The translations under genes were made by a program, and so were the position numbers. The notes under the pieces were generated by a model. The model made no database searches, had not been told where the DNA came from, and saw only the letters and a program-made list of their open reading frames with translations. Below are positions 41,997 to 51,990 of a stretch of DNA of 64,000 nt, one piece after another (within the stretch, counting starts at the first letter, position 1; the number at the start of each line of letters is the position of its first letter). Source of the DNA: a virus; IMG/VR virus record IMGVR_UViG_3300021962_007571, positions 1 to 64,000 of that record. One strand, given 5' to 3'.

Positions 41997-43214
41997 ATGA
42001 CAAAAATTAATGTACTAGTCTTACCATCAGATAAAACGGGTGTTGGTAAATTTAGGTCTGTAGACCCTCACATCTTTTTACAAAAATTATATCCTGAAGA
42101 TTTTCACGTAGATATTGATTACGAGCCAAAATTAAATGACCCTAACTATTGGAAGAAATACCAAATAGTTCATTTCCATAGAAATATTGGTCAAAACTAC
42201 GAAGCGACTCCACAAATTTTAAAATGGTTAAAGAGTCAAGGTATCATCACAATTGGTGATATTGATGACTATTGGATGCCCACCCAAGAACATCCAATCT
42301 ATCATTTAATTCAACAACATAAACTAAATGAAAAGATTGTTAAAAATCTAAAAGAGGCGGAATACGTAACTACAACTACTAATCTATTTGCTAACGAAAT
42401 TAAAAAGATTAATAAAAATGTTGTGGTGTTCCCTAACGCAATTGACCCAAGTGAACCCCAATTTTGTGAACCAACATTAGAAAGTGATAGACTTAGAATT
42501 GGTTGGTTAGGAGGTTCTTCTCACTTACACGACTTAATGTTAATTGATGGTTCCTTAAGTAAACTTGGTTCAGATAGAAATAATACTCAATTTGTTCTTT
42601 GCGGATTTGACACTAGAGGAACGGTAACAGAAATTAATAAGAATACAGGAGAACAAACTCAGAGACCTATTAGACCTGAAGAAACTGTTTGGGTTAAATA
42701 CGAAAAAATTATGACAAGTAATTATTACGGAGTGTCTGATGATTATTTAAAATTCTTAAACAAATATAAAGAAGAGGTTTATCCTAATGAAATTGACCAA
42801 CCTTATTTGAGAGTTTGGACACGACCTGTTACATCTTACGCTAAAAATTATTCAAAATTTGATGTATCTTTGGCACCAATTAAAAATCACATTTTCAATA
42901 GAATGAAATCTCAACTTAAAGTTATTGAGGCAGGGTTTTATAAGAAAGCGTTAATCGCATCTGAAATTGGTCCATATACTATCGATTTAAAACACGCATA
43001 TAAAGATGGACAATATACTAAAGGTGGTAACGCATTTTTAGTTAGTGAAAATAGAAATCATAGTGATTGGTATAAAAACATTAAAAGATTAATGAATAAC
43101 CCTAATTTAGTTACAGATTTAGGGGAAAGTTTATACGAAACAGTTAAAGATACTTACGATTTAAATAATGTCACAAAAACAAGAGCTGAGTGGTACAAAT
43201 CCTTAATTAAATAA
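41997..43214 (+). CDS. GT-B (GT4-like) glycosyltransferase
   Basis: DIDDYW, PNAID, IGWLGGSSH, DVSLAP...FNRMKSQLKVIEAG. Confidence 0.85.
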   Translation: MTKINVLVLPSDKTGVGKFRSVDPHIFLQKLYPEDFHVDIDYEPKLNDPNYWKKYQIVHFHRNIGQNYEATPQILKWLKSQGIITIGDIDDYWMPTQEHPIYHLIQQHKLNEKIVKNLKEAEYVTTTTNLFANEIKKINKNVVVFPNAIDPSEPQFCEPTLESDRLRIGWLGGSSHLHDLMLIDGSLSKLGSDRNNTQFVLCGFDTRGTVTEINKNTGEQTQRPIRPEETVWVKYEKIMTSNYYGVSDDYLKFLNKYKEEVYPNEIDQPYLRVWTRPVTSYAKNYSKFDVSLAPIKNHIFNRMKSQLKVIEAGFYKKALIASEIGPYTIDLKHAYKDGQYTKGGNAFLVSENRNHSDWYKNIKRLMNNPNLVTDLGESLYETVKDTYDLNNVTKTRAEWYKSLIK

Positions 43215-43215
43215 T

Positions 43216-43917
43216 ATGATAAAAATACCTATTACTAAAATTTTATTTTTAGACATTGAAACTGTTGGTGGTTGTAAAGATTATGAATCTTGTAAAACGA
43301 GTAACCCTAAAGTCGCTGAACAATTTATTAAATACATCGATTGGTTTCAAAAAAGATTTCCTGAAGATTCTCAATTATCTTTAGATGAGATATTCGCAAA
43401 GAGAACCGCACTTGTTCCTGAGTTTGCCAAAATTATTTGTGTTAGCGTAGCATTTGTTATGGATAACGGAGAAATAAAAAGACAAACATTTTCAGGTGAC
43501 AATGAACAAGAATTATTATCAGGAGTTCAAAAATTATTAGATAGATGTGGTAAATTAGATTTCCATCTATGCGGACATAATCTTAAGAATTTTGACATTC
43601 CTATGTTGGCAAAACGTATGATTATCAATGGATTATTACCACCGTCAATCTTACCTTCATACGACACTAAACCTTGGGAAATCAAAGCTATTGATACTAA
43701 AGAAATTTGGCAGTACGGAGCTTACACCGCCATAGGTTCATTAGATTTAATGTGTGCTTGTATGGATATTCCATCTCCAAAAGAAGGAGAAGTTACAGGG
43801 TCTAAAGTACACGACGCTTATTGGAATAAAAATATGTTAAATGAAATTTCAGAATACTGTGAAAGAGATGTTGACGTATTAATAGACGCAATTAAAAAAC
43901 TTAAAAATTTAAAATAA
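43216..43917 (+). CDS. PolB-like DEDD 3'-5' exonuclease
   Basis: FLDIETV, GHNLKNFDIP, YCERDV. Confidence 0.85.
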   Translation: MIKIPITKILFLDIETVGGCKDYESCKTSNPKVAEQFIKYIDWFQKRFPEDSQLSLDEIFAKRTALVPEFAKIICVSVAFVMDNGEIKRQTFSGDNEQELLSGVQKLLDRCGKLDFHLCGHNLKNFDIPMLAKRMIINGLLPPSILPSYDTKPWEIKAIDTKEIWQYGAYTAIGSLDLMCACMDIPSPKEGEVTGSKVHDAYWNKNMLNEISEYCERDVDVLIDAIKKLKNLK

Positions 43918-43918
43918 T

Positions 43919-44482
43919 ATGTTAGATATCCAAAATATTGAAGATATGTTCGGAGATGACGAACAAGAACTTAAAGAAATGTTAAAAGGAATGGGGGTTG
44001 ATTTAGATTCCCTTGAAAAAGAGTTTCAAGATTACAAACCAAAAAAAGAGTTAAGATATGAAACATTATCTTACGATACCGTTAAACCTAAATATAATTA
44101 CCCTTCTGACTCAGGTTTTGACCTTCATTCAACAGAAGAAATTATTGTTGAGGCGTTTGGTAGAGCTTTAGTCCCTACAGGTTTGAAGTTTAATATACCA
44201 ACAGGTACTGAAATACAAGTAAGACCTAAAAGTGGTTTGGCAATCAATCAAGGACTTACCGTGTTAAATACTCCAGGTACTGTAGATTCAGGATATAATG
44301 GAGAGGTTAAGGTTATCATATTTAACACGACAAAAGAACCATTTAAAATCACTAAAGGGATGAAAGTAGGACAAGCGGTATTGTGTCCCGTTATTAATGG
44401 TGAGTGGGTAGATTTAATTGAGGTTGACTCAGTTGAAAATAAAGATAGAGGAGAAAACGGATTTGGTTCCACAGGAATTTAA
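43919..44482 (+). CDS. dut: Trimeric dUTPase
   Basis: SGFDL, RPKSGLA, GTVDSGYNGE, RGENGFGSTG. Confidence 0.95.
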   Translation: MLDIQNIEDMFGDDEQELKEMLKGMGVDLDSLEKEFQDYKPKKELRYETLSYDTVKPKYNYPSDSGFDLHSTEEIIVEAFGRALVPTGLKFNIPTGTEIQVRPKSGLAINQGLTVLNTPGTVDSGYNGEVKVIIFNTTKEPFKITKGMKVGQAVLCPVINGEWVDLIEVDSVENKDRGENGFGSTGI

Positions 44483-44484
44483 TT

Positions 44485-45045
44485 ATGGATAATTTAATAT
44501 ATACAATGAGACCTAAAGGTACTCATTTTGAAAAGGGATTTAGAGAGTTTTGTAACGAAATAAAACAAGTCATAGGGGAATCACCTGTTATTGTTGAGCT
44601 TGGTTCTTATATGGGAGAAAGTAGTTTAATATTTTCAGAAGAATTCCCAAACGCAAAAATTTACTGTATCGATACTTGGGAAGGCGGATTTGATAATTTA
44701 GATAGTTGTAGTAATCAAAATTATAACCAGGTTGAATCTCAATTTGACCTAAGACTAAAACTATCTAATAATATTACAAAAATAAAAAGTCTATCTACAA
44801 GTGAAAAAATTGAGTGTGATTTAGTCTATATTGACGCCTGTCATAAATATGAATGCGTTAAGGAAGATATACTACATTGGTTACCATTAACTAAAAAAGT
44901 TATTTCTGGTCACGATTATTATACTAATCAATCGTTTATTAATAGTCATCCTCATATTGCAGGTGTTAAAGTTGCCGTTGACGAGTTTTTGGGTTCTCCT
45001 GATAAAACATTTGTGGACGGGTCTTGGTTTAAAATTAAAAGTTAA
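44485..45045 (+). CDS. Class I SAM methyltransferase (Methyltransf_24-like)
   Basis: VELGSYMGES, IDTW, YIDACHKYE, GHDY. Confidence 0.85.
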   Translation: MDNLIYTMRPKGTHFEKGFREFCNEIKQVIGESPVIVELGSYMGESSLIFSEEFPNAKIYCIDTWEGGFDNLDSCSNQNYNQVESQFDLRLKLSNNITKIKSLSTSEKIECDLVYIDACHKYECVKEDILHWLPLTKKVISGHDYYTNQSFINSHPHIAGVKVAVDEFLGSPDKTFVDGSWFKIKS

Positions 45046-45047
45046 AT

Positions 45048-45752
45048 ATGGTAACAGTACATATTATAACATATAATGAAGAAGTTATGATTGGTTTCTG
45101 CATTGAACATTACAGAAAAAAATTTCCAAATTGTATTATAAAGATTTATGACAATTATTCAACAGACAATACAGTCGCAATTGCTGAAGGTTATGGTTGT
45201 GAAATTTCAAATTACAATTCTTACGATAAATTTGATGAACAAACTTTGATTAAATTAAAAGACACGTGTTGGAAAAATTCTGAAACGGATTGGGTTGTTG
45301 TTTGTGACTGTGATGAACTAATTGATATAACCCAAGAAGAACTAGTTAATGAGCATAAAAACGGTACTACTTTGTTTAAATTCACAGGTTATAATATGGT
45401 AAACACTGGTGATACTATTAATTTAAATGAAATTTGTTACGGTTATGCCGATAATATATATGATAAAATATTATTATTTAATAAGTCAAAAATATCTGAA
45501 ATAAACTATAGGCCAGGTTGTCACACCGCAAAACCAAAAGGAATTATTAATTATAACGGTAACAATTATAATATGTTACATTATAAATTTTTAGGTGCGG
45601 AATATACCGTAAATAGATACAGATTGTTTGCAAATAGATTGTCAACCTTAAATATGAAAAAGAAATGGTCTATCCATTATACTGAACACGAATCAAATTT
45701 GTTAGAATTTTATAAACAAATACCGTCAAAAGATTTAAAAAAATTATTATAA
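45048..45752 (+). CDS. GT2 glycosyltransferase
   Basis: TYNEE, YDNYSTDNT, WVVVCDCDE. Confidence 0.85.
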   Translation: MVTVHIITYNEEVMIGFCIEHYRKKFPNCIIKIYDNYSTDNTVAIAEGYGCEISNYNSYDKFDEQTLIKLKDTCWKNSETDWVVVCDCDELIDITQEELVNEHKNGTTLFKFTGYNMVNTGDTINLNEICYGYADNIYDKILLFNKSKISEINYRPGCHTAKPKGIINYNGNNYNMLHYKFLGAEYTVNRYRLFANRLSTLNMKKKWSIHYTEHESNLLEFYKQIPSKDLKKLL

Positions 45753-45755
45753 TTT

Positions 45756-47264
45756 ATGTTAACAATTATATACTCGACGCATAAAGATGCGGAATACAAT
45801 AAAAAATTTAAAGAACATTTATTACATACCGTAGGTCTTAAAGATGTTCAAATATTAGAGTTTGTTAATCATAATGAATATTCTCTATCTGAAGTTTATA
45901 ACAGTGGAATAACCCAATCAATTCACAATATTATAGTTTGTTGTCATAATGATATTAAACTTGATAAAAATTGGGGTAAAAAATTATTATCCGAATTTTC
46001 AAATAATCCCGATTATGGTATAATTGGTAAAGCAGGTTCTTGTTATTTTCCTGAGTCAGGAATCTATTGGGAAAAAATGGGTCAAACAATGGTTGGACAA
46101 GTTTATCACCATCCACCAGGTCAAAAAAAATGGTTAAGCCGTTATTCGACAAAGATGCCCGATTTAATACCCGTAGTAACACTTGACGGACTATTCATAT
46201 CGTTTGATAAAAATAAAATCAAACATAACTTTGACGAATCTATTGGTAAATTCCACTTCTACGACCATCTATTCTGTGTTCCAAATTATTTGTCAGGAGT
46301 TAAGATTGGGGTTACAACTTCATTTGAAATAACTCACGAATCTGTAGGGCAACCAAATCAAGAGTTTTGGGATAGTAGAGAAAGATTTGTTGAGAAATGG
46401 GGAGATAAACTACCATTAGATTTAAAACCTAAGTCCCCATTAGTTGAAGAAATTAAAGAAAAAGAATTAAAAAATATTGGTAAGGTTGCGGTGATAATCC
46501 CAACCAAGGGTAAGGTTGATATGTTATTTAATTGTATTAATTCTTTTTATGAGCATTGTAACCCTAATAATTTTGAAGTGTTTATTGCCGATACAGGGTC
46601 AACTTTAGAAGAAAAAGAATGGATTAAAAATAATATTTTAACATTAGGGAATGTTAATTTAATAGAATATGATTATTATAATTTCGCTAAAATTAACAAT
46701 GATGTTGTTAAAAATCACATAGATAATAATTTTGATTTTTTATTATTCTGTAATAACGATATTAAATTATTAAATAATGTTATATATGAAATGTTGTCTA
46801 TCTTTAAACAAAAATCAAATGTAGGTACCGTAGGTGCTAGATTACATTACGAAGATAATACAATTCAACATAATGGAATTGTTCTATTTTTAGATAAAGA
46901 AAAACAAATACAGATTTCACATTTAGGTCTTAAAGGTTATTATAATTTTAATCGAGACACTACTGAAACAATTGGTAATACCGCAGCATTAATGATGATT
47001 AGAAAAAACATATTTACAAAGTGTGGTATGTTTAATGAAAATTATATTAATTGTTTTGAAGATGTGGAATTGAATTTTCAATGTATTTCTTATAACTTAA
47101 AAAACTACGTATCGGGTAAATCTGTCGCATATCATTATGAGTCTCAAACAAGAAATGATAATAGTAGTAAAATATCAGAATTACTTACTGACTATCGTGA
47201 AAGATTATTTCCATATATTACTCAAAATATAAAAAAATTACTTCCATATCTTAAAGGAGTTTAA
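45756..47264 (+). CDS. Two-domain GT2 glycosyltransferase
   Basis: Domain 1: CHNDI, LDGLF, FHFYD. Domain 2: VIIPT, DTGS, FCNNDI, FEDVEL, YHYESQTR. Confidence 0.85.
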   Translation: MLTIIYSTHKDAEYNKKFKEHLLHTVGLKDVQILEFVNHNEYSLSEVYNSGITQSIHNIIVCCHNDIKLDKNWGKKLLSEFSNNPDYGIIGKAGSCYFPESGIYWEKMGQTMVGQVYHHPPGQKKWLSRYSTKMPDLIPVVTLDGLFISFDKNKIKHNFDESIGKFHFYDHLFCVPNYLSGVKIGVTTSFEITHESVGQPNQEFWDSRERFVEKWGDKLPLDLKPKSPLVEEIKEKELKNIGKVAVIIPTKGKVDMLFNCINSFYEHCNPNNFEVFIADTGSTLEEKEWIKNNILTLGNVNLIEYDYYNFAKINNDVVKNHIDNNFDFLLFCNNDIKLLNNVIYEMLSIFKQKSNVGTVGARLHYEDNTIQHNGIVLFLDKEKQIQISHLGLKGYYNFNRDTTETIGNTAALMMIRKNIFTKCGMFNENYINCFEDVELNFQCISYNLKNYVSGKSVAYHYESQTRNDNSSKISELLTDYRERLFPYITQNIKKLLPYLKGV

Positions 47265-47344
47265 AATGAGAAATAAATTAACGAGTATTTAATCCTCTAT
47301 TTATATCTCAATTAAAAACATTACAATTATATAAAAAAACAAAT

Positions 47345-48082
47345 ATGACTGAGAGAAGAAAAAAAGTAACGACTCAACCACAAAAAGAAAATGAGTATAA
47401 ACCGACACTATCTAAAAAAGAACTTATTTCACAAATAATAAAGAAAAAAACCAAAGAAAAGTTCTTATCTGAAAGTCAAAGAAAGTATTATGATATTTTA
47501 ACTAAAAATCAAATTACCATTTGTTCAGGACCTGCAGGTGTTGGTAAGAGTTATATCTCTATGAAAGCTGCGGTTGACTTATTATCCGACCCAACAACTC
47601 CTTACGAAAAAATTATTATTGTTAGACCCGCAGTTGAAGCGGAAGAAAAACTTGGTTCTTTACCAGGTAATGTTGAGGAGAAATTGGACCCTTACATTTT
47701 CCCATCTTACTATCTATTAAACAAGATAATCGGAAAAGAGACAAGAGAAAAATTAAAAGAGATTGAAGCTATTGAGGTGTTTGCCTTAGCTTATATGAGA
47801 GGTATGAACATTGACAATTCAATTTTAATTTTTGAAGAAGCTCAAAACTCAACACCAAGTCAAATGAAACTTTTATTAACCCGTATTGGGTTTAATTCTA
47901 AGTTTTTCTTATCGGGAGATTTAGAACAGTTTGATAGACATAAAGATAAAACACAAACAGGATTATGGGACGCTCTTAAGAAATTTCAAAATGTAGACGA
48001 TATTGGTACTTTTGAATTTAAACCTGAGGATGTAGTGAGAAACCCATTAATTAGTAGAATCTTAAAAAGATACGAAGAGTAA
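47345..48082 (+). CDS. phoH: PhoH-family ATPase
   Basis: GPAGVGKS, RPAVE, LGSLPG, YMRG, EEAQN, GDLEQ, VVRNP. Confidence 0.95.
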   Translation: MTERRKKVTTQPQKENEYKPTLSKKELISQIIKKKTKEKFLSESQRKYYDILTKNQITICSGPAGVGKSYISMKAAVDLLSDPTTPYEKIIIVRPAVEAEEKLGSLPGNVEEKLDPYIFPSYYLLNKIIGKETREKLKEIEAIEVFALAYMRGMNIDNSILIFEEAQNSTPSQMKLLLTRIGFNSKFFLSGDLEQFDRHKDKTQTGLWDALKKFQNVDDIGTFEFKPEDVVRNPLISRILKRYEE

Positions 48083-48110
48083 TAATACTCTTATTAGAAA
48101 AAACAAATTT

Positions 48111-48713
48111 ATGAGAATTGGTATTGAAATAAATGGTGTATTGAGAAATACAATAGGTAAACTAGAGTTAGTTTATCAGAAATACCTTATTGACAAAACT
48201 GAGGGTATTGAAGAAGAAAATACATTTAAATATGAAATGATTTTACCCGTAACTAGTTTAAATTTAAGAGACCATTTTAAATTTGAAAACGATGAGGAGT
48301 TTTTTTCTTTCTTATATGAAGAATTTCCTATGGAAATATTTGGTCACGCAGGTTCGACAGAAACAATGACTTTTAACGACTTTAATGAATTTTACGTAGA
48401 TAATAGAACTGAACACGACATTGTTATTGTTTCAGATGAAATTGGTAAATCAAAACCAGCTTCATTATTTTTCTTATCTAAATTTGGATGTTTAACAGAA
48501 AAAGTAAAATTTTATAGTAATACTACAATAAATTCAATGTGGGATGAAATAGACATTTTACTTACGTCTAACCCTACCTTATTATTAGAACATCCGAAGA
48601 ATAAAATTGTTGTAAAATATGTTACAGAATATAACAAAGATATTGAAAGTGAATATGAAATTACAACACTTAAAGACTTAAATGATAAACTAAAACAAAT
48701 ATGGACACAATGA
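48111..48713 (+). CDS. 5'(3')-deoxyribonucleotidase-like HAD fold with degenerate catalytic motifs
   Basis: IGIEINGVLRN in place of IxxDxDGVL; YNK near the C-terminus. Confidence 0.55.
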   Translation: MRIGIEINGVLRNTIGKLELVYQKYLIDKTEGIEEENTFKYEMILPVTSLNLRDHFKFENDEEFFSFLYEEFPMEIFGHAGSTETMTFNDFNEFYVDNRTEHDIVIVSDEIGKSKPASLFFLSKFGCLTEKVKFYSNTTINSMWDEIDILLTSNPTLLLEHPKNKIVVKYVTEYNKDIESEYEITTLKDLNDKLKQIWTQ

Positions 48714-48982
48714 TGTTTAAAATAATGAATGAACACTATTTTTTAGATTTGGACGAAATAGATAATTTCATTCAGATTAAATCAAACCCAACTACGGGGG
48801 AAACAAGTGATAATCATATCAGTATTGTAAAATACGAAACAATTAAATTAATGTTAGAAGTATTAATGGATGGTAATGAAGAAGTTGATGAAGCCTTAGG
48901 ACAAAAGGGTTCAGGACTTTCAATACCATTTAAATTGGCCTTTAACACACTATTAAGTAAAAAACTATTAAAATCATTTTAA
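48701..48982 (+). CDS. Hypothetical protein
   Basis: Operonic ORF. Confidence 0.55.
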   Translation: MDTMMFKIMNEHYFLDLDEIDNFIQIKSNPTTGETSDNHISIVKYETIKLMLEVLMDGNEEVDEALGQKGSGLSIPFKLAFNTLLSKKLLKSF

Positions 48983-48984
48983 TT

Positions 48985-50040
48985 ATGGAAGATAACAGAA
49001 TATTAAAACTAGAGAAATCAATCGAAAACTTAAAAGATAAAAAATGTCGAATTTATCTATTTGTACAGGATACAAAAGGTAACCCTAAAGCTGGTGTACG
49101 ATATATGTACCAAATGGGTATGTCATTAAAAAATCAAGGATTTAATCCTATTATGCTTCACGAAAAACCCGAATACATTGGTGTTAAAGAATGGTTGGGT
49201 GAGGAGTATATGGAATTACCTCATAAACCAATTGAAGGTCAAAATTTAGAGATTTCACCTGAAGACTTTATTGTCATCCCTGAAATTTTTGGTTTCATTA
49301 TGGAACAAATTAAAGATTTACCTTGTGCTAAAATTGTACTTTGTCAGGCTTATGACCATATGATGGAAACTTTACAACCAGGGTTTGGTTGGGCTAACTA
49401 TGGATTTTACAAGTGTATCACAACTTCAGAATTCCAAAAAGATTATATCTCAGGTGTTATGAAAAATGTGTCAATTGACATCTTAAAACCATACATCTCT
49501 GAAAGATTTGTTAAATCAGAATATCCTCAAAAACCTATTGTGGCAGTTCATTCAAGAGACCAAAGAAAAACATTAAACTTTATTAAAACTTTTTATCTTA
49601 AATTCCCTCAATATAGATGGATTACTTTTAGAGATATGAGAGGTTTAAGTGAAGAAGACTTCTCAAGTTTCTTAAAAGATTGTTTCTTAAGTGTTTGGAT
49701 AGACGACACCAGTGGTTTTGGAACTTTTCCATTAGAATCAATGACTTGTGGAGTTCCTGTTATTGGAACAATACCTTCTTTATTCCCTCATTGGATGAAT
49801 GAAGACAACGGATTATGGATTAGTGAGGAAACTAAATTAACTGATTATACCGCAGACTTTATTCAAAATTGGTTGGAGGATAACATTAAACCAGAATTAT
49901 ACGATAAAATTAACGAAACAGTCGCAACTTTATCTAATAAAACTGAATTTGAGACGACCTTAGTTTCTTTATTTAACAATTATTTAGAAACAAGAGAAAA
50001 ATCATTCACAGAACAATTAAATAAATTAAAATCAGAATAA
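48985..50040 (+). CDS. GT-B glycosyltransferase
   Basis: IVIPE, SGFGTFPLESMTCGVPVIG (GT4-like motif with the first Glu replaced by Ser). Confidence 0.75.
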   Translation: MEDNRILKLEKSIENLKDKKCRIYLFVQDTKGNPKAGVRYMYQMGMSLKNQGFNPIMLHEKPEYIGVKEWLGEEYMELPHKPIEGQNLEISPEDFIVIPEIFGFIMEQIKDLPCAKIVLCQAYDHMMETLQPGFGWANYGFYKCITTSEFQKDYISGVMKNVSIDILKPYISERFVKSEYPQKPIVAVHSRDQRKTLNFIKTFYLKFPQYRWITFRDMRGLSEEDFSSFLKDCFLSVWIDDTSGFGTFPLESMTCGVPVIGTIPSLFPHWMNEDNGLWISEETKLTDYTADFIQNWLEDNIKPELYDKINETVATLSNKTEFETTLVSLFNNYLETREKSFTEQLNKLKSE

Positions 50041-50041
50041 T

Positions 50042-50845
50042 ATGGAAAACACATTTAACGTATCAGTAATATTACCAATTAAAACCGCAACGTCTAAAGA
50101 TTTTGAGGATTTATTTGCTAAAGCTATAACATCAATTAAAGAACAAAAAACTAAAGTTAACGAATTAGTAATTGTATATACAAACGAAGAACTTTTAACT
50201 AAAAAAATCAACGAGTTTGATTTTGGAGATTTAAATGTTAAAAAATTAGTTTGGGAACAAGAACCTAACTTCTCAAACCAAGTTAATTTTGGTGTTGAGA
50301 ACGCATCATCAGAATGGGTATCTTTCTTTGAATTTGATGACGAGTATTCAAACATTTGGTTTAAGAATGTAGAGAAATATTCTTCAATCTATAAAGATGT
50401 TAACGCATTCCTTCCTATCGTAGTTGATGTTGATGCTAAAGGTGGATTTGCTGGTTTTACAAACGAGGCAACATTCGCATCAAACTTCTCACAAGAAATG
50501 GGATTTTTAACTAACGAAACACTACACGATTTTCAAAACTTTCAAACTTCAGGTATGGTTATTAAAAAATCAACAATCACTGAATTTGGAGGACTTAAAT
50601 CTAATTTTAAATTAACTTTTGTGTACGAATTTTTATTAAGACTGACATTCAACTCTGTAAGAATAATGACAATACCTAAGATAGGTTATAAACACGTTAA
50701 TCTCAGAGAAGGTTCAATATTTTGGAACTACAAATACGGTTCAGATATCTTGTCCGAAAATGAGGTTAAATTTTGGATTGAATCTGCAAAGAAAGAGTAT
50801 TTTTTTAAAGACGAAAGACCATTAAACTATGAACCACAAATTTAA
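50042..50845 (+). CDS. GT2-like glycosyltransferase
   Basis: VSVILP, NFGVENASSEWVSFFEFDDE, YEFLLRL. Confidence 0.75.
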   Translation: MENTFNVSVILPIKTATSKDFEDLFAKAITSIKEQKTKVNELVIVYTNEELLTKKINEFDFGDLNVKKLVWEQEPNFSNQVNFGVENASSEWVSFFEFDDEYSNIWFKNVEKYSSIYKDVNAFLPIVVDVDAKGGFAGFTNEATFASNFSQEMGFLTNETLHDFQNFQTSGMVIKKSTITEFGGLKSNFKLTFVYEFLLRLTFNSVRIMTIPKIGYKHVNLREGSIFWNYKYGSDILSENEVKFWIESAKKEYFFKDERPLNYEPQI

Positions 50846-51600
50846 TGCTAAGCGAAGACACATTGTTAAGTGCGTCTACGGAAAATATTGATTCAAAAAA
50901 AAGAGGTAGGAAACAAAAACAAGCAAATTATTTTGATGTACAAGAAGAAGCTGCGGTTAGAATGTTTTTATTAGAACCATCTTGGGAAGAAAGAAACAAA
51001 ATCTATAATCAATATTTACGAGACCCTTTGGATAAAATGATATCGTCTATTATTAGACGATATAAATTATACAGAAAAGATATGGATTTTAAAGAAATCC
51101 ATACTGATACTCATTCTTTTTTGATGACTAAAATTGAAAAATTTAAACCGTCAAAAGAAAAGAAAGCATACTCTTACTTTGGTACTATTTGTAAGAACTA
51201 TTTAATGGGTCAAATTATTAAAGACCAAAAAGAGTTAAATAGAAAAATATCTTATGAAGATATATCAACATCAATCGAGGAAAATGTAAAATATTCATAC
51301 TCTCTTGAAAATGATTATATTGAAGCAACTACAATTATTGAGAAATTCATAGATGAACTAAGATTGTACATTGATACCGAATCTCTGTCGGACAATGAAA
51401 AAAAATTAGGATATGCTTTAATGGAACTCTTTGAAAATTATGAAACAATTTTTATGGGGGCCGACAACAATAAATTTAATAAGAATGTAATTTTACTATC
51501 GTTAAGAGAAATGACTAATCTATCTACTAAAGAGATTAGAAATTCAATGAAGAAGTATAAAAAACTATACGGTAGTATCTTAGGAAATATTTTAAAATAA
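50845..51600 (+). CDS. Phage sigma factor (T4 gp55-like, probably late)
   Basis: KFKPSKEKKAYSYFGTICKNYL resembles sigma region 2 of gp55-like proteins. Confidence 0.65.
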   Translation: MLSEDTLLSASTENIDSKKRGRKQKQANYFDVQEEAAVRMFLLEPSWEERNKIYNQYLRDPLDKMISSIIRRYKLYRKDMDFKEIHTDTHSFLMTKIEKFKPSKEKKAYSYFGTICKNYLMGQIIKDQKELNRKISYEDISTSIEENVKYSYSLENDYIEATTIIEKFIDELRLYIDTESLSDNEKKLGYALMELFENYETIFMGADNNKFNKNVILLSLREMTNLSTKEIRNSMKKYKKLYGSILGNILK

Positions 51601-51620
51601 ACACTGAAGTATTTATAGAT

Positions 51621-51989
51621 ATGAGTAGACCTAAGAAAAAAGAAGTAAAATTTACTAAAGATTCTGTATTGTCAATTTTACAGGAAGTATACAATGAGAT
51701 TGTTGAGCAGAGAAATACTGCTTTAAGAATCCAAAATAAAATGTTGGCGATGATGAAGGAACCTGAAGATATGACCCTTATTGGACCTGTTATCGAAAAA
51801 CAACAAAAAATAATCAACGACTGTGTTGAGAAAAAATTAACTTTATCTAAACTACAATCATCTATTTGGGAAAAAAGTCAAAACGAAAAATCCGATTTTA
51901 CTATCGATGATTTAAGTGATGATTTAATGGAAAGTTTAATAAATAAAGACGTTGAGAGGTCTGACGACTCTTATAAATTAGGTAAATAA
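51621..51989 (+). CDS. Hypothetical coiled-coil protein
   Basis: TATTTAT directly upstream. Confidence 0.55.
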   Translation: MSRPKKKEVKFTKDSVLSILQEVYNEIVEQRNTALRIQNKMLAMMKEPEDMTLIGPVIEKQQKIINDCVEKKLTLSKLQSSIWEKSQNEKSDFTIDDLSDDLMESLINKDVERSDDSYKLGK

Positions 51990-51990
51990 T

